From the human T2T-CHM13v2.0 reference genome, Homo sapiens, in the NCBI RefSeq assembly GCF_009914755.1, contig NC_060930.1: 64,000 nucleotides of DNA. The stretch is one strand, 5' to 3'. This document shows positions 28,821 to 42,546 of this stretch, in pieces; positions within the stretch are counted from its first letter, which is position 1, and every line of letters starts with the position of its first letter. The notes below the pieces were generated by a model. The model was not told where the DNA came from. It was given only the letters and a program-made list of their open reading frames with translations, and ran no database searches. The translations under genes were made by a program, and so were the position numbers.

Positions 28821-29499
28821 TGTCAAAGCAAAAACTGCACCAGATAAGGTTAAACAGAGAAAGAAGACTTTATTCAAGACTATAGCAATAGGAGAGAGAG
28901 ATCAGAATACAGTCTGAAATCAATTCTATTAAGCAAAGTTTTTAAGAGGATGGTTTTTAAGCACTGGGGTGATTTAGTAGAAAAGTACTGAAGAACATTT
29001 CAGAGGAGCTTGATTAATGGATGTGTTGTACCCATGCAGTTATTTCTGAGTTGACAATTTTGGTCTCTGTGATTAGGCCATCTGTGTTTGGTGCAAATTG
29101 GTGTCTATCACAGTTAGGGTCCTTGGGAGACTGAGGTTGCAGTGAGCCGAGGTTGCACCATTGCACTCCAGCCTGGGCAACAAAAGCGAGACTCTGTCTC
29201 AAAAAAGAAAAAGTTACCGTCCTACCTTCCCATAGAGGCTGGGATATAGAGCACTATCTTCCTTGATGATTACATTTCAAAGGGATGGCTCTCTGGACTT
29301 TAAGGAAGATATTATTGGGTTATAAAACTGGCAAGCAGCTTTTAAAATGATTTACATCTCAAAGAGGGAGAGAAAGAAGTTATGATTACAAGTTTTCTAA
29401 AGTAAGTAATCTAAGAAAAGGGAGGTCAAGGGGCCTAGAGTCAGGAAGCAACCTATTTAGTTTAGTTAAGCTGGGGGAATGTTAAGGCCCTCTTGGTCA
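28821..29499 (-). mobile_element. ERV1 solo LTR (MER67-like) with an inserted Alu 3' fragment at 29124-29212
   Basis: On -, tgaccaagagggccttaacattcccccagcttaactaaact... ending ...tttgaca (TG...CA termini). Confidence 0.7.
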
Positions 29500-30026
29500 G
29501 TATTTTAACAGTGTTTGTTTTTTAAATTCAAAAAATTCTAGTAGGAAACTTTTTTTAGTCGGGCTTAATTTTATATCTTTATTGAAAAATTAGCTGCTTC
29601 TTTGTGATACTGATTAAAATAAGAATATTATTCATTTTACACCAGTGTCTAGAACTACATGTAAGGCAATATTTCTAAAGATAGATTTCTTTGGTCCCAT
29701 ATCCTTGATATTTTATTATCTAACATTTAATATCTATTGGTGATATTTTCTTACTATGCTGTTTTATGTTTTTTTTTTTTAGAGTTTTTCCACTTAATGG
29801 TAAAACTTAAAGCAAAATGAATAATTTCTGGGTTTTACAGGGCTCAGTATACACTACAAGTATGAAAAGAAGTATGAGGACAAATAAGAGAAACTTAGCT
29901 GGAAGTGTGATGATTTTTTAGTGGTTCTTGATTAGGTGGGTCTCAGGTCTCTTAGATCTAAGCAGTTGTCAAGAGGGCTTCAAAAGAGTACACCACAATA
30001 GCAATTGCACTGAAGAGCCCTAGATT

Positions 30027-30355
30027 TGTGCTGCTCAGTATGGTAGCCATTAGCCCCATGTGACTTATTGAATCCTTGAAGCATGGCTAATCTGTACTGA
30101 GATGCGTTGTGTCAAATATACACTGGCTTTTGAAGACTTAGTATGAAAAAAAGAATATGAAATATATAAAATATCTTAATAATTTTTATGTTGATTTCAT
30201 GTTGAAATGATAATTGTGGCTATACTGGGGTATATAAAATTTATTAAATTTAATTTCACTGTTTCTTTTTACTTTTTATGTGGCTACTGGAAAATTTATC
30301 ATTGCATATGTGGCTTGCATATGTGGCTCTTGTTATATTCTATTGGACAGCACTG
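30027..30355. mobile_element. MER33/MER3-like hAT-Charlie element
   Basis: gtagccattagcc...tatgtggct...ctattggacagcactg terminal motifs. Confidence 0.75.
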
Positions 30356-30827
30356 GCTTTAGATATTTTTTGATAAGTAATATCAAGAGATATCAAGATA
30401 TCACTGTGTTAGAGTACGGATGTTAGAGCTTTAAAATTGACAATTTAGTGAAGGACAAGAATTTTCCATATAACTATGTCCCTGGCATAAACTGTGTAGA
30501 GATTTGTCTATGTGTACTATGTTCACTCTCACTCCCTAATACTTTGCCCCTCATTCTGGCCATGCAGAACAGCTTGTCAGAATTGGGGTCCTCTTGGTAA
30601 TGTCAGCATACTTGTTGCTTGCTCTTAACTGGATTGCTTCTGAAATGTTTCTTGAAAATGAAACTGCTTCAACAATAAGCTTCTTAATTATGTCATGGGC
30701 TCACCATGAGGGTATACAAACAGATCCTCAGCAGTAGCTAATTTTCCTTTAATTGTATCTCATTCTTATGTTGGAATATCCTATTTTTTATTCATGAAAA
30801 GCTCTAACACATGTTAATCCATTACAG

Positions 30828-30886
30828 GTGGAGTAACTAATACGGCACAATATCAGAACAGGCTAATGGTGTATGAACCTAACCAG
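30828..30886 (+). CDS. KLHL32: KLHL32 59-nt exon (G)GVTNTAQYQNRLMVYEPNQ, rest of Kelch 4
   Basis: Acceptor ttacag|, donor CAG|gtaaga. Phase 1 to 0 completes the Kelch GG motif and restores frame. Too short for the ORF track. Confidence 0.92.
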
Positions 30887-33023
30887 GTAAGAATCATGTA
30901 AGAACACCTCATTATCTTAATTAATGAATTTTAAAAGATTCCAGAGTAATTAGTAATTGGAATGCCAAGTCTACACACACAGATATGCATCTTTAGCTTA
31001 TATAGAGAAAAGGAAGCATCTGAATAAACTGCTTTTTGGTTCCTTTTTTTGTTTTGTTACTCAAAACATTTCAGCTCCTCTAGTTTTGTGCTATACAGAA
31101 TACATCACCCTTTCAGAGTTCTGCATAATATAGAAATGATTTGAATTGTCCTGTTGTAACGTCCTTCTGGAAGGGGCTGCCATTCTAGGAGGGGATCATG
31201 CTTATGGTTTATTCTAAAAAACAAGTATTAACTTAATATAGCCCAAATGACCTAAAACAGTATCTAGGACAAGTCTAAAGTAGAAGTATATGAAGAATCT
31301 GAGAGATGAGAAGTATCTGAAGGGTTTTCATCTAACAGCTGGGGGTTGAATATGCATATGGATGGTGCCTGTACCTTCTTTTGTCTACATTTCATGTACA
31401 CCCAATTACTATTTTCCCCCAAAAGAAATATTTTTATTCTCTTTTCCATATACTAAAATATGGATGAACCTTGGCAATTGCCTGCTGAATTTTGCCATTT
31501 CTATGATTTTGGTAATGTAAATATTTTTGATTATGACGGTATTCCAAAATGATTTGTAGGCTTAATATTCATCAGCTGAACGTAATGGGATATGACACAA
31601 CAGGTTGGCTTTGGCAGTCTGGGTTGGGACTGGCCACCAAATCTATGTCCCTAGTGGACTCAGTGTATTTGGTATCTTTTTATTTTAGCAATTACTTGAT
31701 TCTGTATTTAATGAAGGCATTTCTCTCTTTGCAAAGTGTGTTTCCTGATGTCATTAGAAGCTGTAGATTTCAGAGACCAAATGTCCATGGGTCAGCTGTC
31801 TCAAGAGGGATCGTTAATTGCAGTTGCTTGAGTTTGGTGCACATGTGGTTAAAGAGGAAGAAGGTGTTAACATTTCTCAAATGAGTTCTGTTTCATGTTT
31901 GTACACACATGCTCTTTTAAAAAATTCTGCTGGCATATTGTTTACGGTGGGTACTGGCAAACATCACATCTGCTTGCATCTTGCTCAGAATCTCAATAAC
32001 TCTATCATTCAGCCCTGGTGCTTATTTCTCTTCTAGGCCTTTGTGGAGAGTCGATAATGCCTGCCATCTGCCACAGAGCACATTGCTACCTGCCAACAGG
32101 CAGGCTGGGGTGACCTCTGCTTCCCCACCACTGATTAGTATTCACATGCTAGCTTATTAGGAATGACCCCACCAGGCCTCTCTGTTTCTTTGCCTTTGCA
32201 GCGGTTGGTGGCTCACCTGGCAGGCACTGCAGTGAAGGAAGCTAAAGATATAATCAGGGGATGCAGGCAGGCTTTGCAAACCAGATGGCATCCATAGTCT
32301 GGTGGCAGGGGACTGGACTGCTAATGCAAACATTGATTCCTAATACTGTAATGGGTTGTTTCATAGAAAACACCTAAGAAAAGCGTCCTCAGAGTTTTGA
32401 GTTAAATACATTCATGTGTAATGTATTATAGATATTAGCAAAATAGCTGAAAGGCAGGCTTGACTATTTTATTAAAGAAGACATTTGATTGGAAGGAAAT
32501 TCTTATTATATGTTCAAATGGGGGAACAGATAAATGCAAGCTTTTCAAGCTGTACAAATCACTTCTTTTCTTGAGTGTGTCTTTAAAAGAGCTAGTCTAT
32601 ATGCCTATTAGTGAGTGGACCAATTTTTATACAAAATGTTTATTGTTGTTGTGTCTTGCTTCTTCCCTTACAGTTTTGTGAAATGGTGAAATTCTATGTA
32701 TTCAAAACATCGTATGACTTTTTTTCTGGCCGAAATCCAAATTTTTCTTGGCAAAAAGGAATCTGGGTTCTTCCTGTATGCTTAGTGTTTATGTAGAAAG
32801 AAAACTGTTAGGGTTATTTACCTGTCCATTACTTTCTTTACTTATCTGTCCATTACTTAGTTGAGATTTAAAATTAAAGTCATATTTGGTCTTCATTTAA
32901 TTTTACAATGAGAGCCTTATTTTAAGAAAGGTTGGGCATACTCTTCCCATTACTGAGGGTGAACAGGAACCAAATATTGAAGGTTTCACTATTCCCTAAA
33001 GTTATCATATAAAAAAGTCTTCC

Positions 33024-33336
33024 AGCAGGGTGCGGTGGTTCACACCTATAATCCCAGCACTTTGGGAGGCCGAGGTGGGTGGATCACCTGAGGTCAGGAG
33101 TTTGTGACCAGCCTGGCCAACATGGTGAAACCCCGTCTTCACTAAAAATACAAAAATCAGCCAGGTTTGGTGGCACTTGCCTGTAATCCCAGCTACTCGG
33201 GAGGATGAGGCAGAAGAATCGACTTGAACCTGGGAGGCGGAGGTTGCAGTGAGCCGAGATCATGTCACTGCACTCCAGCCTGGGCAACAGAGCAAGACTC
33301 TGTCTCAAATACAAAACAAAACAAAACAAAACAAAA
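33024..33336 (+). mobile_element. AluSx-like with (CAAAA)n tail
   Basis: Full Alu, TSD-like agtcttcca. Confidence 0.94.
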
Positions 33337-33584
33337 CTTAGTCTTCCACCAAAACAAATAAATGTGTGCCTAGAAATAACCTTTCCCAATTTGGCAGAAG
33401 ATGTGACTGTTAATATATTAAAGGAGGCTGATAAAAGGAAATGTGGGTGGTTTGTTGCTGAACCAAATCTTAGCTCTTCCACTGATCTCAGGAGGTTAAT
33501 TTTGGAAAGAACAGCAAAACCATTACCCTAGCTTATCTAGCGGCCTGAGGTACCCAATGATTATCATCACATCATTTTGAAAAA

Positions 33585-33810
33585 ATGAATATGTATTGAA
33601 CATTTTTCATGTGCATTTTTCTAAGTGCTTTATGTGTATTAGCTCATTTAATCTTCACAATAGGCTTATCAGGTAGGCATTATTATCCCCATTTTACAGA
33701 TGAGAAAACTGGCACAGAGATATTAAGTAAATTGCTCAAGATCACATACAAGTTATAAACCCAGGTAGTCTGGATCCAGAAACTATTTTCTTAATCATTG
33801 CACCACTGTA
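33585..33810 (-). mobile_element. MIR
   Basis: Core ctcatttaatcttcacaa...cccattttacagatgagaaaactg. Confidence 0.85.
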
Positions 33811-34180
33811 TACAGTATACCTAGCCATGTGCTTTCACTCTTAATGAATTTGCATGAGTAAATTCTCTGAATTGGGTGAGATAAACATCATGAAAATTTC
33901 AATGTTCCCCTGATGTAATTCAAAATGCACTATAAAATGCAACACAAACTAGAGGAGATGCCGTGTGTAAATCGCAAAAACAATTGGAATATGTGGCTCT
34001 TTTGTACTTGTTCTCATGTAAGAAGCCCATACCTTTCAATATATATAAACAACATTCAAACAGAATGTTGATCTATTGATTGATAAACATTAGGGTTCTC
34101 ACTACTTATGAGGCACTCGTTGCTGTTTTCTGACATGGAGGTCTCCTACTAACAGAATACACTTAAATTTCTTTTTTCAG

Positions 34181-34373
34181 AATAAGTGGATAAGCCGTAG
34201 CCCCATGCTGCAGAGAAGGGTCTACCATTCCATGGCTGCTGTACAAAGGAAGCTTTATGTTCTTGGAGGCAATGACCTAGACTACAATAATGACCGGATC
34301 CTTGTGCGCCATATAGATTCTTACAACATAGACACTGACCAGTGGACACGTTGTAATTTCAACCTGCTGACTG
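34181..34373 (+). CDS. KLHL32: KLHL32 193-nt exon NKWISRSPMLQRR...FNLLT(G), Kelch 5
   Basis: Overlaps ORF 34205..34387 (LYVLGG). Acceptor cttttttcag|. Frame continuity requires the donor G|gcaagt at 34374. Confidence 0.92.
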
Positions 34374-36076
34374 GCAAGTACCTTTGATTAAGTAAATCAG
34401 GAAAAGTAGATTCAAGAAGTCACCAAACTTGTTTCGTAGACATCTTTAGGGCATCACTAAATATTAAGTGCATAGTTGTAGAAGAACCTGCATTTATTAA
34501 CCAGAAAGGTGTGTATCATTTATGTTCTAACAGAACTGGACTCATTTAGGTAGCTGAGCATCTAGTTTCTCAGGGCCTATATTACTACCATTATGCACAT
34601 CCTCATATGGCTGAGAGGCATGTCAAGTCCATTATCATCCATCAGTGTTAAGATGGAACTCTGATACAAGTAGGAGGAACCAGACACTGAAGGATTTAAT
34701 AACTCTTTACAGAAGGAATTTATTGTTTACTTCTCACTGCTTTTAGTCTTATTTCTTGTGAGTTCAGGAGTTTAGGAGCATGGTCTTCATTATTTGTCAC
34801 TGTCAAGTATTGTTTCTGTGAGTATTCTCCTAGAAATGAAACCCTTAAGTGGTTCTGTACACAGGAGTTTAGCTGCATTTTTGGCCACAAATACCCATCC
34901 AAGCATTTACCACAGAGCAACATTAGGTATGGACCTTCCTCATCCCAAAAAAGGATGAAAGTAACACGGTGAACAACTTACCCCTCATGTTTCTTTATGG
35001 AGTGAATAACTTTTCCCCCTTGTCAGCTTGCATTGTTAACATCTACAAGTGATCAGATCCCTTCCATGTCTGCTCAAATAATAGGAAAAATCACAAACTG
35101 AAAATGGTAGGTTGGGTTAAGACATTTTAATATGCTGAGTGGGCACTCAATCCCTTGCAGCTGCTGCTGGGGGAGGCAACGCTGGGAATCTAATCAGAGG
35201 TTTAGATGCTTGTATTGAGCTCCTGTTTTTGCAAAATGATTTTTGAGGCCCACTGGACAAGGACTTAGAAACTCTCTGAGTTTTAGCGGTACCTTAGGCC
35301 CTCGATTCTGGATCTGTGATTCTGCCTGCTGTAAGATCCAGCTTATTTATTACCCCAGTCAATCCTGTGTCAGCCCATCAATAAAAAGAGACTCTTTCAC
35401 TCTGTGATGGCCTCCAGGGAAGAATATGTGGTAGTGAGTTATTCTGTCTTCTTTTTGAAATGGGAGGGGAAACCTTTCATCATTTTGGCGTGTCAGCATC
35501 TAGGGATTATCCAGGCTGGTCCCAGCTCAGGAACTTTAATATAATCTTTAAAATGTTGGGTATGTAAAGAAAGGTAGGGTAGCAAGTTGATCAATCTCTT
35601 CTGCCATTTGTCTTCATTTGGGGCATGCTAGGGGCATGGCTCTGCTTTATTGGCTTCTTGGGGTTGCAGCTGTTACTTTACAAATGTAAGCACTTGTCTA
35701 AAAAGCATTTGCGGGTATAGAAGAGGTGTTTGCATTTCTATAATATACCTTATTTCCACCACTGTAAATTAATGGCATGTGACATAGCATAGAATTCAGT
35801 TCTACATGGCTTACTATTGCTGTATTTAATGCTGTACTTACTAACTTGGCTGGCTAATAAGTGTTTTGGCCTGGTTCTGACCTGACAGATTCATTCTCTG
35901 AGAAATAGTGCTTAATTTTTCTGAGTACTGGGAGGCAGTGATTAGTTGCTGCAAAAATCCCATGGAGTATACAAATGTGCCACAAAGGAAAATTGTATCC
36001 CTCAGTGGCAAAAGGGTTAATTAAAATATGTAAGAAATGGATTTTTTTTCTTTTTATTCAATTCTCTTTACTTTAG

Positions 36077-36171
36077 GCCAAAATGAATCTGGAGTTGCTG
36101 TCCATAATGGGAGAATATATTTAGTTGGTGGATATTCAATTTGGACAAATGAGCCTCTGGCTTGTATCCAG
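36077..36171 (+). CDS. KLHL32: KLHL32 95-nt exon (G)QNESGVAVHNGRIYLVGGYSIWTNEPLACIQ, Kelch 6
   Basis: Acceptor ctttactttag|, donor CAG|gtgagt, IYLVGG Kelch motif, phase 1 to 0. Confidence 0.93.
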
Positions 36172-36779
36172 GTGAGTGGTAGAAGTTCCTTTTGAAGTTT
36201 GTTCAAGTGGTTCAGCGAGGTTACATTTTGCAATGCTGCTACTGAAGAAAGAGATATTTATGTTTAGAAAGAGGCTTAACGTCCCGTTTTTTGTGCAACT
36301 AGTTCAGCCACTAAACTTCATCCTGTATCCTAAAAATGATGCCTAAATAAATTATTGAGCCCTATTAAAAATAAAAATGAGGATGAATTTTGAAAAATAT
36401 ATGTAATATATATTGGAAACTGGGAAACTGGGATAGCGTTCCCTTTCTCATAAACCAAAAAATTCTAAAAATCTTTGGCAATAGTTCCTTCATATCCCCC
36501 AAGCTTTACAAATACTTCCTTTCCACACCATTGCCTTATTTTCTATATTACAGTTCATTCATTCCCACAAATGCCACCTACAAGGGTGTTCTTCCTTCAC
36601 GGCAGAGGCTGTGAGCAGTAGTGGTTTATGACTGGTCTGATAGGGACAGCCTCTGTCCCAAAGAATAGCCCTGGTGCACCAGCATATGAGCAGCCCAGGC
36701 TGGGCAAGTTGCCAGCTGGGCCTTTCAGAAGAGCAATAGCCCTCATTGATAGACACATTCATAGTATTATTCCTATTAT

Positions 36780-37700
36780 TATTTTACAGTTATTACCATA
36801 GTTTTCTCTTTTACATGTTCTCTGATAAAATATTGACATGTATTAGCCCTGACCTTTCTTCCTGACCTCCAGAAAAGTATATCCTTATAACTACTTTTAT
36901 TATCTAATCGCATCTTTATGGGAAGATTTTTAACAACTGCATCAATATCTTTAATAGTTGCAGAACTGTTCAACCTTTTTATTTCTTTTTCAGTCACATC
37001 TCATAAAGTACATATATTTTGAAGAAAATTCCATGTTGTCTAAGTTTTCAAAATTGCTAGCATATAGTTGTTGTGTTATCCTTAGTTATATCTCCCTTTA
37101 CATTCATAATATTGTCTCTTCTTCTCTTGATTTGTCTTGACAGAGGTTTGTCTGGGGAATTTAAAGTACTTCTATTATTCATATAGATGAAGTTAAAAAA
37201 GTCAGCAAGGGTAAGGTAGATATGGAAAATATAATTAACAAGCTTGTCTGAATGGATATGGGTTCTGACTGAGCAGTTGGAAAGACTGTATTTTTCTTAG
37301 CATACATGGAACATTTACAAAAACCAGTCATGTACTAGGGTTAGGGTTAAGAAAACTTTAGTTAAAAAAATTAAGTATTGTTTAGTATTATGTATCTCTA
37401 ATACAATGCAATTAAGTTAGAACTTAACAAAAAAAAACCCCTACATAACTGGAAATAATAAAACACATTGCTATATAACTTATGGGTTAAAGAAGAAATC
37501 ATAATGGAACTCAAAAAAATTCCCAGAACTGTGATAATAAAAACAATACACAGCAAAGCTTGTGAGATATAGCTTCATAAGTTAGAAAATGAACCAAAAA
37601 GTAATCTCAAAGAAAGTAGAAGAGGAGAGATGATAAAGATGAGAGAAAATTAATAAACTGGGAAACAATAATACAGGAGAAAAGAATTATCAAAGCCACA
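36780..37700. mobile_element. Old L1M ORF2 fragments in opposite orientations
   Basis: ORF 36779..36997 (EKEIKRLNSSATIKDIDAVVKNLP) is L1 ORF2-like on -; 37160-37700 is the L1 endonuclease region on +. Confidence 0.65.
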
Positions 37701-38565
37701 CACACATGAAGAGCCACATAAGACTTTAAGGGAGTTCACTGAAGGCTGCCTTGTACTGGTTTTAGTTAGTTAATGGAAAGCTGCCTTGGACTAGAGCTTC
37801 GTCCTGTCTTTCGGATAACAACAAATGAACAAACTTTTCTCTCAAAGAGTGCTTCTAGTCTTCATCCAAGCATGTATTTGGTAGTCCTTCATAGTCTTTT
37901 AGGTTTCTTTTTATTTTTTGCTTTTCAGAATTGGTAGAACTCAGAACTGGGCAACAGTTCTCTATAGTGCTGGAACACTGTTTTTTAAATGGCTTTGGGA
38001 CCCTTCATTTGATCACTTGCACAATGGAAGTAAGTTTGGGTTTATCATGAAATAAAATTGTAAATTTTAAATACATTTATGAGCATATTTCTACTAGTTT
38101 TAGTATCAGATTAGCTCAAGGAATAGAAAATTAGTGGAAATCATAACATAATGAGGAAATAAAGAAAATGCTGTACGTATCAAGTTTAGGAGATCAGAGT
38201 GCTGCCATAGTGCACATTTTTTCCACATCTCATATTTTGTTAACAGTCGTGAATGTTAGTTTGTAAGACATAGAAACTTAAATAAAAAAAACTTCGTAGT
38301 CGCATCATTTGTTTTTTGTCACCAAAGAATTTTTCTGTAAATGATCACTAATCATATACACTAATTAATTGCTAATGACATTTGGCTGTTTTCAAACAAA
38401 TCTATCCACAAGAAATGAAGAGGTAAACAAATGCATATTTTAAACCACTGAGGATATTTGAGAGTATCCTCAGGATTATGGTGATTATCAAAGGGGATTC
38501 AATTATTTTTTTAAGTCAACACCTGTATTAGTGGAATAAGTTTCACCTCTGAGATTGTACAATAA

Positions 38566-39025
<460 letters not shown>

Positions 39026-40364
39026 GATTTGTTATTAAGAGCCTTTACTATTAATAGGTAATAAGTATCCCTATAAGCATATGGATTATCACTTAAAGAG
39101 ATGTTTGAAATAGAGGTATTCATGGATAGTGACATGTATCTTTCATTTTAGTTAATGACAGCTAGTTACAGGCTATATTATCATTCATTCTGAACTAAAG
39201 CTCCATTTTTTTATGTTATGGATGACGATAGAACAATTGGTTTCAATACACTAACAGTAATAAATTAAATTGATGGTTGGAGAGAATAGCTACATGTTCA
39301 AAAGTAGGCCACTTCTTTACTACTTAAAGAACATCCAACAGAGGCAAGATGATGGGAGACTGGAATAATATTTATGAGAAAATGCTTAACAGTGGAAATT
39401 CCTAAGTATGTCAGTGGGTTGAGAAGTACAGAAGCATAGTGGGGAAAAAATCATATGCATACTAAAAATATAAAGGTTTAAATTTTTTGTGTCATCAGTC
39501 ACAAATCTGTATATTTGATCCAAGATTAATCCACAAATCATTAATCCAAGAGCATGGCTGATTAATGGAAGTCATACTTAAATAGTTCTGAGATTGTTCT
39601 ATTAACATTTGGAAGTACTAATTTTTTTTTGCCCTCAAAAGTACCAGCCAATAACTTCTCACTTAACTGTCCCTTCTGGACCCTAATCCAAGCTCATTTA
39701 ACTGTGATTTGTAGGATTCAACCACAGTGGGATGAAGCATGTCCAATGTTGAAAAAGCATACTTTATTTCCTGCTACTACTCTGATTTAGCACAGACTAT
39801 TTATCCATCAGAAGGACAACCCAAACAAGAGAAAAGCAGAGATACTCTTAGGTTGAGATTTGGACTTGTTAGTAATAAACAAACACTCATGGAAAATAAT
39901 GGAAATAGATTACTGACGAAAGTGAAGGTGTTCTTGTTTATTTAGTGGGTGTGTAAACTAATGTCTGTCACAGAGGTTTGACTCTAATCTTGTGTGCCAT
40001 GGATGACAAGTGGCACATAAAGGAGCAGCTGCGTAAGTGTGCAAGTGATTAGTCTGTGTTTCTAGATCACCTCTACTGTTATCTTCATTTACTATTATTT
40101 TTTTTGGCTGGAGGATACAGTGCCAGCTTGGCACCACACTCTCCCAAACGCCTTCTTTCAGCCAGTTTACAGGGGAGTGTTTTGGAGAAAAACTGCCAAT
40201 GCTTCCTTTTCCCTTCTCAGATTAAATACATTACATCTGCTTAACATATGCAGTCTCTGTTGGCCCAGGAAACCAGACAAAAGCTCTCTGGATGATTATC
40301 TCATTAGTATTTTGCCTTCTAAAAATGTTTTCAGTCAGGAGGGAGGGCACAAAATCCTTGCTCT

Positions 40365-40515
40365 TTCTGGGTTGCGTCTTGAGCTCAAATACTGGCTCCA
40401 CCACTTGCCGTGTGACCCTGAGAAAGTCACTTAATTTTTTCCGGTATCAATTTTCTTCTCTGTAAATTGAAGACAATACTTAACCTTATAGAGTTGTGGT
40501 AAATACTAAATGACC
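40365..40515 (+). mobile_element. MIR
   Basis: ctcaaatactggctccaccactt...tgtgaccctgagaaagtcacttaa...ctgtaaa. Confidence 0.75.
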
Positions 40516-40941
40516 TCTGATTTACTTTTTGTATTTAATGAAATACTAGCCAAAACCCCACCGGGGTTTTCCCTTTTCTCATGGGGCGAAGTAGTGATAC
40601 TTGTCAAACTAATCTTGAAAGATTCTCTAGGAAAGTAAATGAGTAAGAATAATCAAGAAAATTTTGAAAATAAATGAGGAGTCTTGCCTTACCTAGTCAA
40701 AACAACTGTAAATGTGACACTGAAAGAAAATACATCAATTAACAAGAGAACAGAGAAAACGTTTGTATTTAGTATATGAGTGAGTTATTTTAAATTAGTA
40801 GTGACAGGGTATATTGTTCAATAAAGAGATTGGGACATCTAATCTCCACTTGTTTGTTCTTTCTTTTATTCTAGGACTTCTTAGTAATTTCCTCCTTTGT
40901 GAAACATGGATCCCCAAATTTCAAGGGCCCATTTCCTGTAA

Positions 40942-41259
<318 letters not shown>

Positions 41260-41682
41260 TATTGCAGTTAAAGTCTTAAGATTTATCCACACAGGTGATA
41301 GATGAAGGCATGAGAGTGGACTAGATCATTAAAGACGGGTACAAAGAGGTCTGTGATTGAAATATTGGGAAACACCTACGTCCAGGATGCAGATGAAGGA
41401 AAAGGGACTCAAGGTGGATTGCAATATGATAATGTCAATGACAAACTTTCATTTTTTTAAAACACCAAATCCACGGGAGGCAAATGTTTAAATAGTTAGA
41501 GAAAAGTCAAATGAAAAGGGATCAAGATGATAACTGCAGACTTGAAAGAGCCTAATAGGTTTGACAAATGGGGCGAGAGCAGCTCTCCTGAAGAAAGAAT
41601 TTTCCTGCTTCAAAGATTCAGCCAGGTTCAGTTAGGAGACAGCAGGCACTGACTAACAGAGGCTGTGCTATATAAGAAGAGA

Positions 41683-42018
41683 GGCCAGGCACAGTGGCTT
41701 ACACTTATAATCCCAGCACTTCGGGAGGCTGAGGTGGAAGGATTGCTTGAGCCCAGGAGTTTGAGAGCAGGCTGCACAACATGGCGAGAGCCCATCACTA
41801 CAGAAAATTTACAGATTAGCTAGGCGTGGTGGTGTGCACCTGTGGTCCTGGCCACTCAGGAGGGTGAGGCAGGAGGATTGCTTGAGCCCAAGAGATCAAG
41901 GCTACAGTGAGCACCACTGCACTCCAGCCTAGGTGACAGAGCAAGACCCTGTCTCAAAACAAAAACAAAAACAAAAACAACAAAAAAACCCCAAAAACAA
42001 ACAAAACAAACAAAAAAA
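41683..42018 (+). mobile_element. AluJ with (CAAAAA)n tail
   Basis: ggattgcttgagcccaggagtt diagnostic of J. Confidence 0.92.
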
Positions 42019-42084
42019 CTCCAGCATGAACAGGAAAGAACTGGGGAAAACCTTCCAGAATCGACTGAATTTTGAATTTGCTAC

Positions 42085-42400
42085 TAAGCTGTGTTATATT
42101 CCACTACCTGCCAGACACTGAGCTAGATGTCATCAATTTTCACAACAAAGCTGCAAGGTCTTGTTTTCTTCATTTCACAGATGAGGATGTTTAAGCCAAC
42201 ATTATGTCAGACTGCCTACTAACTAGTTTGGGCAAGTTATTTAACTTGTCTAAGGCAGTTTTCTTAAATGAAGTAATGCTACCTACCTCATAATTGTTCT
42301 GAAGATTAAATGCTTATAAATATACATGTATGTATATATGTACATCCAAAAACATACTAACATAGTGTAGCATTTAGTAGGAGCTTAATAAATATTTCTA
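42085..42400. mobile_element. Two MIR fragments in opposite orientation
   Basis: catttcacagatgagga core on one strand, ttgggcaagttatttaac core on the other. Confidence 0.65.
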
Positions 42401-42546
42401 GTACCATCCAAGCAAGAAAAAGAATTCCTAAGATATGGTGATGGTGACATAACTGAATTTAAGTTCAGAATTTCTTTTATGTATACATAGCTTTATTTTG
42501 AGCAGTCATCTTTGATACACAAGCTTCTTCTCTTCCTCTTTTGTAG

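Noticed and set aside
34378-34379. GT as the donor of the Kelch 5 exon
   Set aside because: Gives phase 2 and breaks frame with the next exon; the GC donor fits.
40552-40570. Hairpin AAAACCCC-acc-GGGGTTTT
   Set aside because: Low-complexity 8-bp arms, plausible by chance in 64 kb, no supporting context.
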